A DNA stretch of 62,693 nucleotides, counting the filler, from Folioceros fuciformis (lineage: Eukaryota), in NCBI GenBank assembly GCA_049999805.1. It is 4 parts of 3 records of this genome, joined end to end, with 100 filler letters (N's around TTAATTAATTAA, not from the genome) between each part and the next. Parts side by side here need not be neighbours in the genome. Positions count along the whole stretch, not along the records: positions 36,828 to 49,988 come from JBNGIO010006293.1; positions 50,089 to 62,693 come from JBNGIO010006298.1; 2 more parts are not named here. One strand, written 5' to 3'. Position 1 is the first letter of the stretch. The number at the start of each line of letters is the position of its first letter. The translations under genes and the position numbers were made by a program. Positions 39,935 through 50,641 of this stretch are shown here, piece after piece. The notes beneath the pieces are model-generated. The model did not search any database and was not told the origin of the DNA. It was given only the letters and a program-made list of their open reading frames with translations.

Positions 39935-42900
39935 CTACACTTGCATTCCTGCGAAAATAGTTTGTCCCAAAGTGAGAAACAAGAGGAGAGTGGCAGCTAA
40001 AGTGGCAGTGGTATGCCAAGGCCTAGAAAAATAGTTGTCCTTGAATTCCGCCCAGTACTGTTTGGTCGTGTCCTTAGTGCGGACATTGAGCTGGTGAAGC
40101 ATGTTTGCCCAGGCTTCGGAAGCGTAAGATGACAAGCCCACCACCAAGTCGTTCACCATGTTGGCCACGGCAGCATCGCTACCCAGGTGGTGAACAAGCA
40201 CCCCGGCTGCCCTCATCACCGCTACGTCATCCGGCGTGTCGATCAGGTTGTCCAGCAGCATGATGAAGCAGGCGAATGGTGTGATCCCACCTGCCGTCTT
40301 AATGCGCTCCCAAACCGCTAGGTTTCGGAAGAGTGCGTCGGCACCGTCATCAATGGTTAGTCGGGGCAACATCAATACTGAGGTGCCTTTGTTTTGCAAA
40401 TGGATTTGCTTCACTGCGTTGCAAACACCTGTTGTAGGTCACAACGTTGGAATTGGAAGCTCTGATTAGTGCCTCAACAAGAACGAATGCATGATTATTA
40501 GGCAGGACTACACGAGACTAAAAACAAGCAAATATGAGGCTTGGGTAGAAACATGCTGTCTATAATGTAGTAAGTAACACATGTCATGTGCGTGTATATG
40601 TATACCTAAGGTGATACCGACTCTCTTCAACCTGGTTGCACATTCCACATATTCTGCCTTGTAACCATCTGGTGTCGTGGAATTAGCGGTACTTGTAACC
40701 CTACGCTGAGATGCGGAGGTGTCCTGCGCTGTGGAATCCGCAAACCTTGGCGCGGAACCCTGAGTTGTCTTTCGTTGATTTCTTGATTTCTGGGTTTCTA
40801 TTGTGTAGCCACGAGCCGCCAGGCCGTCCAATACAACATCCAGCATAGAGCCAGAGTTATTTGCAGTCACGTCCAAAAGAAACAACTCCGTGCCTCTAAC
40901 CTCATAGTAAGCCAACTCGTCCAGCGCTTCTAGCAGAGCCGCCACTTCTGCGAAATACTTCAAGATGAGATAATATGTGACCACACGATCCCAAGGAGCA
41001 TTGCCCAGTCTTAATGTTGGCCGAAGGGCCACATCAACTTGTTGGAAAGCGCCATCCAATCTTCCTTTGACCTTGTCAAAATTACGTCCAAGCAGGTTGG
41101 CCTCTGCGGAATACGCATATTCCCTACTACCTGTTGAGACAACGGTGAGCAACTGACTGATGAGCCCTATTAATTCGTTGTAACTACCTTCCCCTCGCAA
41201 CCGAACCGAAGTCCCTGACGAGCAGTGCTCGCGGATGGAATCTACAGCCCTCAAACTACCGTTGGCGTAGCTACACAGTCTGTCCGCCTTCTTGGAAAGG
41301 TCGTCGGGGTCGATTGGGGTCAAACCGACATATCCACTTCCTTCACCGTCACAGACCATTGACTCGAGAATTTCCTGCTTCACGACGTCACTACACCCTT
41401 GAGCCGCTGTCAGCTTGTAGACATCGTGAAATCCATGGCTCCCTTCGCTTTCCACCCTGTAGATGGACGAAAAGTTGCCTGGCTCCGAGAACCCCCAACC
41501 TTGACTTTGGGCCGAGCTTGCAATTGGAGTACCGTTTCCAGCCGCTAGTATCTTTGCAATGCCCTCCTCATCCTGCTCCTTGTTTTTGTCCCCCTTCCGA
41601 GACTCGGGTTGGGTGCAAATGGCTTCTAGAAGGCAGTCCAGCAAGTGGTCACATAGCCCAATGTCCACCACACATACCAGTTCTGTATTCCTAGTACCTG
41701 TAGCAGATCCTGAGGGCGACTGAGGGAATGGTTTTACCACCGGTACCTCCTCATGACCACGCTGCGGGCCATTATGGCCAGCCTGCAGGCTCCTCCGCTC
41801 NNNNNNNNNNNNNNNNNNNNNNNNNNNNNNNNNNNNNNNNNNNNNNNNNNNNNNNNNNNNNNNNNNNNNNNNNNNNNNNNNNNNNNNNNNNNNNNNNNNN
41901 TCCTTGAACTCTATGTTGGGACGGGCCTGCTCTTCCTCGGGCCTACCACGCAAGCTCTTCCATTTGCAAAAGTCCTGAACAACAACCTCCACGACTCGGA
42001 GGGGTATCTGATTCTCCAGCAGAAAAAGGTCGTGGAGAAAGGAGTGGCTGTTTGCTGCCTTGAATTGAGGGTCGTGCACCAACCAGCTAAAGCCACGCAC
42101 GGGCAGATCCCCAGAGAGGTAGAGCAAGTAAGTGACGAGGAACAAGGCATCCACTGCCAACATCTCCTTGAAGAGCTCCTTGTGCTGGTCAGGGACATAG
42201 TGGAAGCCCAGCTCGTAACACTCCACGGCAGCATCTACATCGATGTCCAACCCCTGCACAAAATCGTGCCACCCCTTAGCCAGCGCTTCTGCGGTGGATC
42301 CGTAGTCGCTGCTAGCTCTGCTGTCAATCAGAACTCCTCCTATCCGCAACCTCCATCGAATGTAGTTGTTTGCCCAGTTGGCCTTGAGTCGGGTCATGCG
42401 CTGGTCCTCTTCCTTGGTCGCATTGCACCGCAGGTTCAAACCCAGGTGCAGATGGCCCTGAGGACTGTATGCCGACTCTTTGAGCACCTTCATGTGCTTG
42501 GGCACCACGTACGGATACTTGATGCGCATGCCCCGACCAAGTTCTTGCTGCTCGAACCGTTTCATTTCTTCTCTGAAGTGAATGATCCACTCATGTCCTG
42601 GTCCAGGATCGAATTCTTCTTTTTGCTGTCCAATTGTTGTGTGCACATGTTGACCATGCAAGGAGTCCCGTACAGCTCGGAAACGAGATGATGGCCCTGG
42701 ACGGTCCCTTGAGGGACATTCTGTTTGTGCAGCCTCAACCGAGGGATGTGGTGTCCCTGAACAGCCATTTTGAGAGACATCGTCCGTCCTCCCAAACGGT
42801 TCAGGCATCTGCATTGTGAGCGGCCAGCCGTGAGGGTTCCGGGTGGAGTCGCAGGACCTTCTTCCGGCTGGTGCGATGCTCACACCCTTGTGCGCCGACT

Positions 42901-43200
42901 TCGCCTGCGCACCTGGCCTCCTGCATACAAGGGAAACAGTGCACGGCAACTAGCCTACACCAGCCATCGACTCGGTAGCTCCTTGAGGCTGGCTAGATGC
43001 CGCGTCCTGTCCCAAGCTTAGCACAGAAGAAACACGCTTCTCTTTTTCTTTCTCTCCCCGTGACAGAATTTGCTGAATCGGTGGTTCCTCTGCTGAAGCT
43101 TCCCTCCTGAATCCGGACGAAGTCGCCGTAAGCACACGCAGGCTGTCAATACCAGCGGCAAAAGCGAAAGTGAACGTCACCACGGTTGCCCCGGATCCAT
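39935..43200 (-). CDS. DUF247 (UPF0481) family protein with a large internal insert and C-terminal TM helix; 3 exons, start tentative
   Basis: YVVP..AYSP, FKEMLAVDALFL, DLFLLENQIP, HLLD, CATRLKRVG, intron 40605-40429, LPRLTIDD..LFRNLAVWE, NLIDTPDDV, LGSD and YFSRPW+TM. Putative first exon MDPGQPW 43200-43181 with intron 43180-42921. Confidence 0.88.
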
Positions 43201-43854
43201 CCTTCCCTGGAACTCCTGTACTACCACTGTTGCATCCAACCCATCAAGTGGACCACGTTGTTCCGTCCCTGCCAGTCCCCCATGAGTCTGGTGCCGAGAC
43301 CTACCCGGGGGACCCAGAGGCGGCGACCACTTCGCTGGGGAGTTCAACTTGTACGCGGCCTGTTCAAGTAAGCGGTGCAAAATGCACTGCCCATCCACGG
43401 AAATTGCTCCAGAATCACACATTGTTGTGTTCGACACTGATGGGGCGCACGACGCCGCTTTTGCCAAAGTCAAAGAAACATTTGTTGGAAGGATTCCATG
43501 GCAACGTGCAGCCAATCGAGCGTGATGACAACATGGATGACGCTGCGATGCGGCTACTCCGCAGTCCCATCTGCTGCGACAGTACACTAGTAATTTACAT
43601 TTTCACAGTTCTGATTGGAATCGCATTTTTGAGAGATCCTTGAAAGACAACCCTTCGCGTCCCCAACATTGCCAAAGTCACATTTCGTACTTCAAGCTTA
43701 GTGATTGTTAAATCCATTACCCGGAATGCCTTCAATCGTGGCTTTCCTTTCTACNNNNNNNNNNNNNNNNNNNNNNNNNNNNNNNNNNNNNNNNNNNNNN
43801 NNNNNNNNNNNNNNNNNNNNNNNNNNNNNNNNNNNNNNNNNNNNNNNNNNNNNN

Positions 43855-44230
43855 CCTTTCTACCATGCTAATAATCTCATGGGCTATTCATCGTCAGGTT
43901 TCCACCATTACGAGGCAACCAACAAGGTGGAAGCCATGGTTGGGGTTGGGGAGATGGTGGGAAGTTTGCAAGTGGAGTTGGTCCAAATGCATAGAGCAAG
44001 ACCCTCCTCCATATATCTTAGGGTTTGCAAGCCCTATAATATTGAAGTTATGGATAAGTATCACTTTATTTTCTTTTGTCCCATCTATAATAAAATCCAT
44101 TCAGAATTTGAGTACTTATTGGATCATGCATGTTCTCTCAAATGAATTTCTTTTCTTTCCTAGATGCTTGTCAAGTTTGAATATTTATTCAGGATTTATT
44201 TCTTCATCAATAAGTTACTCTTAAAGTGAT
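43855..44230 (+). mobile_element. 3' remnant of a non-LTR retrotransposon ORF2 (C-terminal Cys/His motif)
   Basis: GRW in an adjacent frame, then RVCK..MDKYHFIFFCPIYNKI, resembling the ED(E)xHFxxxCPxY end of LINE ORF2. Confidence 0.5.
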
Positions 44231-44685
44231 TTTTGCATATTCTTACTACATAGCTTCCTCTTCTTTTATTAGCAATATATATTTAAGGTTTTATCATATT
44301 TAATTTTAATTTTATCACATTGCATCTCATTTTTTTTCTGGTTCCATTGTCCAATAGGTTTCCAAAGATTTTAATAAATTTTCTTCTTCTTCATTAACAT
44401 ACTCATAAACTACCTTTGCCTGATAGGATAGGAGCTATCATAAACTACCTTTGCCTGATAGGATAGGAGCTATCAGCGCTAATAATTGCAACCTCAGCTC
44501 AGCTCGATGCTTTTTCGTGAATTAGGTTGCAAGCTAGTTAGCTTTCAACCAAGCAAATTAACTCTTAAGGTTCAAGCTAGAGTTGCACAAGGGTTTCTAA
44601 ATGCTGTGAATCAGTTTCCAAGGTTTTAAAATAGCCTTGATGAAAATTGGAGTTTTGAAACTTCTAGAAAAAAAAATTTGAAATA

Positions 44686-45223
44686 TGTTATGTACAAAGG
44701 CCAGATGTTTCCGTTAGGAGCAAGGCAAAGAGGTGAAGCACCATTCATTGCTTACAAAAACGGATTCAAATTTTTGAAACGATGTTGATGCCTTCAAGTC
44801 GCGAGTCTATGCAACAGTGTTCTGATGAGTAAATGTTTACTTTTCCTCTTGAGATAAGCCCATAAAACTTTCTCTCTATGGTGGCTGCCCGCCAATACCT
44901 CACCTACAGCCGCTATAGTCTGGTACCAGCCTGCTACTAGCGACAGCGGCATGTCAACAAAACGGGCGGATGGATGCGAGCATCTGAGGAGTATGGAAAG
45001 CATGACAGTTTACATAGGCTTGCAATTAGTTGTAGATTTCAGTTGTGGTGGTTAAAGAATTGTCTTTCTCCACACTATAAGACTCTCGTTGTTTTTCGTG
45101 ATAAGTAAGCACTCTCTTTCGCTAAGCGCTCCTACTCTTCACCGCCACCGTTGATGCATCCCCACACTTGCCTTAATCTGTTTCACTTTCCATCCATCTT
45201 ATATTTTCATATGGTATCAGAGC
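44686..45223 (+). mobile_element. 5' LTR and tRNA-Met primer-binding site (left boundary uncertain)
   Basis: ...TTTTCA (45209), then TA, then TGGTATCAGAGC (45212-45223), the canonical iMet PBS. Confidence 0.7.
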
Positions 45224-46819
45224 TAGGTTCAGCAAGTGCGCAGGGCACGGATTACCTTGGCTTCTGATTCTCAAAGTGCCAAGGCGCACATTTGCAGCAT
45301 CGCCCCTCAAACCTAACGGAGGACGAAGGAACTCATTTTCTTTGCTCCGCCCTGATTGCATATCTAAGGAGCAACATGCCCCGTAGGCAGTAAGGAGATT
45401 TTTAGCATCGGCCAAGAGGGACATGCTGCTAGCCAAAAGGAATAGGGATAGAACCACATCACCTCCTACATACGATTGTTGCGATTTGTATCCTCACGAG
45501 ATTAACGGCACTTGAGTATGTGGCCAAAGACGTCTACAATTTGCACAAGGACTCTTCCATCCGCTGGAAAAAGTCCAGAAACTGGCAGACAGGTATAAAC
45601 GAGAACGAGACGAGGCTCGAAGCCGAGTAAAAGGGAAGGGGAAGGCTAAATGAAGTAGCAGAACTGCGACAGAGGTAGCCGAAGTTGCTACCGGTCAGAG
45701 GGAGACTAGGCTGGCAGAGGACAGCCCTACCAAGGTAGAGGAAGCAGCGACCATTGAGGAACTCGCAACCAGGAAAGCTGGAATGGCAACCTGCACTAGG
45801 AGGACGGGGTTGGGCAGAGCGGCAGCCAAGGGGATGGAGGATTTTCCAGTACCGTTGGAGAGCAGAAGACAGGCAGTACGGGGTAGCCCACGGGAGGAGG
45901 GGTTAAGCACCTCTTCCGCAACAAAAGGCCAGATTGTATTGCAGCATCTAGATGAGGCAACTTATGTTCCTGGCCTCTATGTGAATGGAGACCGTGTGCT
46001 TAACTTGACTGTACATGTGCGTGTGGAACTAGGAGGGACAAGGGCTTACTGCCTACAACTGAGGACTTGCGGGGGATGCTTCTCCGACTGTTTCCGGGTG
46101 TGGGGATTGCCCCCTTATTATTCGGAGGCAGTCCTAGAGGAATTGACGGAGGAGGAAGTGCAAGCAGGGGTGGAGCAAGAGCCCGTGATGGTCCTCAGTA
46201 ACAGGTGACTGGATGGTGGAAGAGGAACTCCTTGGCGGGCCCCACCCATGCCTCCGTGGAAATGATCAGGTAGCAGTGGAAGCGAAATAGAAATTCTATG
46301 GGAGGATCTGCCTGACCAGAGGAGAGGAAGGAGGGCTCGAGGTTTTGGAGGGCGGGAGAGGGGAGTACGATGACTAGAGAGGAGGCGAGCGCGGCGATAG
46401 GATAGGCCAAAGTTATTGCATCTTAGAATAGTATTCTGTAGGATCTGGAGAAGATGCTTTCTTGGACCTAATGCCACTCATAATTAAGAGCGCATGCCTG
46501 TCCACAGACTGAACTTAATGGCGGCTGCGGACCCACCACTGTGGGTACAAGAGGCATGTTGGCGCCTCACTAAGCAGCAAGAAATTGGCACCTCACTAAG
46601 CAGCAAGAAATTGGCACCTCATTCTATCGAGGCCTCGCAACGGCCGCCACCGAATAAAGGGATCTGGGTGGAAGCGTGTGCGCGGTGCTCCTGAGGAGGG
46701 GTTGGAAGTTTTTCTACTCCACATCGGGTGGTGACGCGAACGAATCGGCGAAGTCCCCGCCGAGTGGAAGGTTGCCTTCCCTTATTCCTGAGAACATTCG
46801 TTGTGCTCCATAGTAGGAA

Positions 46820-47345
46820 GTGAGGGGGGACGAATCCACAAACCACGCGGAGTGGAGGGAGAATTTCTCCTTCCCTTATTCCCCGAAACGACTGACTATG
46901 GCTCGTGGTTGAGGTGAGGGGGACGAATCCGCCAATGTGTGGAGTGGAAGAAGGGGCGCCTGCTTCCCTTATTCCCTGACCCTTCAATTGCATTTCGAAC
47001 CCATTATTAAGAAGTGAGTGGGAGTGGAGACTGATTGTGGTTTGTGGTTGAGGAGAGGGGAACGAATTTGCCCATTGTGCGGAGTGGAGGGAGAATTTCT
47101 CCTTCCCTTATTCCCTGACTGTTAGCTGCATTCTGGACTTAGTAGCAGAGTGTGTGTGAGAAGAATGGGAGTTGGAATGAGAAAGAAGGGTGAGTGAAGT
47201 GTGAATGTGTGTGGAATTGGGGAAGGAGGAAGTGGATGTGTGAGGAGTGTGGAGGACTGATGGGGCATAAGCTAAGGTGAGGGGAACAAATCCGCCCATT
47301 GTGCGGAGTGGAAGGAGGACTCCTTCTTCTCTTATTTCCCGAACT
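46820..47345. repeat. Four spaced copies of a ~65-70-bp motif
   Basis: GTGAGGGGGACGAATCC..GCGGAGTGGAGGGAGAATTTCTCCTTCCCTTATTCCC-like copies near 46820, 46914, 47050 and 47277. Confidence 0.75.
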
Positions 47346-48019
47346 GTGAGCTGAGGTGAGTGTACGGAGAACCTGAGGGGGACCTTGGGAGATTGACGAA
47401 CCTTGCTGGAAGTTCGCGGACCTGGCTGGTGAGTTGAAGGAGCCTGAGGCGGGTCTGCAAGGAATACGTGTACACCAGAGTTCTGGTGAGTTTTGCATCG
47501 GTTGGAAGGGTTATGTGTGTGTGAGTGTGGGGTGTGCCTGATCCGTGGGACCTGGTTGCCTAAGGGCTGGCATCCGCATGTGTGGAAGGTATCCAATAAA
47601 CCCCGATCTGTGAGTCTAAGGGCTCTAGGCAAAAACCCGTGGGTGGAAACCCGCAGCGGCACATGCGCCGGAATATAGTTAGTAAGGGTTTTTGGTGGGA
47701 CTTACCACAGTCGTGGGAGCTACTAGTGGTCGTGGAGACCATGACCGCGGTTATAGAGTAGGGACCAAAGTCGTAGAGTAGGGTCCGCGGTAGCTAGGCT
47801 AACTGAGGGGTAGTGGTAGGGCGTAGACGGTAGTAGAACTGGTAGTAGATAAGGCTTGACCCAGGCAAGAGTTAGTATTAGAAGAAACTTGTGTTACTTG
47901 GCACAAATCGTTCCCTTGGAAAAGAATCCCATGGCTACAACAACATAGAGGGTTTGTGTGGGGCTCACCGTGTCCTCAGACACAACATTTTCGTCCACAC
48001 TTCCCTGCCCGAGTCTCTA

Positions 48020-48590
48020 CTTTAAAGTCAAACTCTTGCAGGAGCAAAAACCCAACGCACGATCTGTCCGGATAGATCTGGCTTGCTTACCAAGTACTTC
48101 AGCACAAAGTGATCGACATAGAAGACCACCTTACAGGCCAGTAAGTAGTGCTGGAATTTCTTATCAGCGTAGACAATACCAATTCCTTCTCTCTCCGGAG
48201 TGGAATAGTTTCTTTCTACCTCGGTAAGTTGCCACCCTGTGTAGAAGATGGGGTGGTCTCCCCCCTTCTCATCCCGTTGGCTCAAAATTGCCCCAATGGT
48301 GTATGCCGACACGTCCACAAAGACATGAAAGGGTCTTTCCCAATCTGGTGGTTGTAGCGTAGGAGCCTCCACCAAAGCGTCCTTCAAAATAGGAAGGCCA
48401 CTTGTCTTACCGCCGTCCATTCGAAAGCTTCATCGTTTTTGGTAAGCTGGGTAAGAGGTGCGGCTTTCTTCGCGAAGTTAGGTATAAACTTGCGGTAATA
48501 CCCAACCAGGCCTATGAAGGCTCACACTTGTCTTACCTCAATGGGTGGGTCCAGCTGTGCTCCAAGAATTGTGAGCAGGTATGACTTCAA
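48020..48590 (-). mobile_element. Ty3/Gypsy RT-connection / RNase H remnant
   Basis: FIGLVGYYRKFIPNFA, APTLQPPDWERPF, DVSAYTIGAILSQ, NYSTPERE and VDH..LKYL. Confidence 0.92.
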
Positions 48591-48599
48591 AAAATATAT

Positions 48600-49660
48600 T
48601 TGGTCTCGTAAAATTACATTAATATATTAGGGTGCCAACAACATGTCGGTATGGAATTGTTGACATTTCTAGCTTTTCTTCAGTTGTTTTGGGACTCATT
48701 TCTAAGGTAAGCCTAACACCACTTGCAAAAGGTGTGGGTGCAAGCTTTGCATCCTCAAGTCCAAATTTAGCTAAACTCTCCTTAATATACTTGGTTTGAA
48801 CTATACTTAAAGTCTTATTGCCTCTATTTTGTATAATATTAACACCAAGTGTATGTGTCATTTTTCCTAGATCGGACATCTCAAATAGAGTCCTAAGCCA
48901 TGCTTTAGTTTCAGCTAGGAGAGTAAGAGAGTTTGTTGCCATAAAAACATCATCAACATAAAGTAGAAGATAAAATATATCATTGCCAGATATTAGGATG
49001 TATATACAAGCATCACCCTGGCTTTGCTTAAATTCTCTCCCAATAAGTTGTACATGTAAGGTTAAATTCAAATTCTTGCTTGATTGCTTAAGGCCATACA
49101 AACCTTTGATGAGTAGGCATACGCAATCTTCTTTGCCTTTGACTTCATAACCCTCGGGTTGTCTCATTTATATTTCCTCTTGCAAGCGCCCATACAAATA
49201 TGTTGTCTTAACATCCATCAAGTGGAGTTCAAGATCATGTTGGGCACATAAAGCAAATATCATTCTAAGTGTGGCAAATTTGGCTACTAGGGCATAAGTG
49301 GCCCAAGGTATGTAATCTAGACCAGGAATTTGTGTAAAGCCTCTGGCTACTAGATGTGCTTTATACCTTTCTATAGAACCATCTCCTTTTCTTTTAATTT
49401 TGAATACCCATTTGCTAGTTACTATCTTCCTACCCCTAGGTGGCTTGATCAATTCCCATGTAGAGTTATTTACTAGGGAATTATATTCAGAGTCTACAAC
49501 TACCTTCCATAAGTCTTTTTCAGGAGAAGAGAAAGCTTGTTTTAAGGTAAGAGGTTCTTCTGGGTCCATAGTTGCCTTGTATACAACTTGAGAATAAAGT
49601 GATACAGGGGGAATAGGATCATCAAAAACAGCTAGGTATTCCAACCTGTAGGACTTGAAA
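48600..49660 (-). mobile_element. Ty1/Copia RT remnant
   Basis: EPLTLKQA, KWVFKIK, YKAHLVARGFTQ, MDVKTTYLYG, LYGLKQS and LYVDD, with an in-frame stop at ~49168. Confidence 0.95.
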
Positions 49661-50094
49661 TGGTAGGTTGGGATCTGATGTTGTACCTTTGTGCAGGTGC
49701 ATCATCCACAGAGGTAGGATCTACGACAGGATCTCCTGGATCCACAATGTCATCCTCCAGAGGGTCATCAAACTCATCATCATGAGTGTCAATTGGCACC
49801 TCTGCTAGGATGTCAACATTAGGTGCTGTGGAACATAGAATTTTGGGCTAGTGTCCCAATTTTGGTACAATTTGTACAAATGCGGCTAGTATAGGGAAGG
49901 TTGGTTCCTTCCTAGTTGGTTTTGGTTCTATTTTCTATTTTTATTTTTTCAGCAGCTATATATGTGAGTGGGCTGTTCACGCATGGTANNNNNNNNNNNN
50001 NNNNNNNNNNNNNNNNNNNNNNNNNNNNNNNNTTAATTAATTAANNNNNNNNNNNNNNNNNNNNNNNNNNNNNNNNNNNNNNNNNNNNTCTCTA

Positions 50095-50190
50095 TAGAGA
50101 AGGTGGCCTGATTCAAATGCTCTATTCGCAATAGAGAAGGTGGCCTGATTCAGATGTTCTGTTCTCAACAGAGAAGGTAGTCTGATTCAG
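50095..50190. repeat. Three short tandem repeats (~38 bp)
   Basis: AGAGAAGGTGGCCTGATTCA-like core repeated three times next to a scaffold join. Confidence 0.7.
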
Positions 50191-50641
50191 GATTAATCTG
50201 ACGGAGACAACTGCAAGGGCTGTCGCTCAACGGATAAAAGTTACAGAGAATGTAATCCGTAAAAATAACAGAGTTAGATTATTTTACAAAAAAATAGGTC
50301 AAGAGACTTAAATACAGTGAGAAACGACCATGGATAGAGTGAAATGGTGGCAGCGTTAATGCGGAACACATCAACTCCTGTGCTCAAACACCTGGGATCT
50401 CACCATGGGAATGGCTAGGATGGCCAGAAGCACGAGGGAAGGAATGTTTGGAAATAGCACAACATGGTATTCATAGTGCGACGAGAGAGTTTTTGAGTTC
50501 GCAGACTGAACTTCGATGAATACGTACACCTCTGGCTAGCCCACAGTGTAGACATCAGAGGAAGGACAGGAAGTTTGATGACAGCAGAAACAGTGGAATC
50601 CAAGTACAACGGGAAACCTTAATAGAGTTTGCAGGAGGAAC

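Noticed and set aside
41753-42691. 312-aa plus-strand ORF (likewise 12843-13694, 19445-20161, 29343-30185, 5432-6079)
   Set aside because: Antisense shadows of GC-rich real coding exons, with no recognisable motifs.
44404-44476. 35-bp tandem duplication; also the (TAGC)n run near 19195
   Set aside because: Ordinary slippage products with no sign of function.
45224-46480. gag ORF after the PBS
   Set aside because: All frames are interrupted and I see no zinc knuckle or gag motif.
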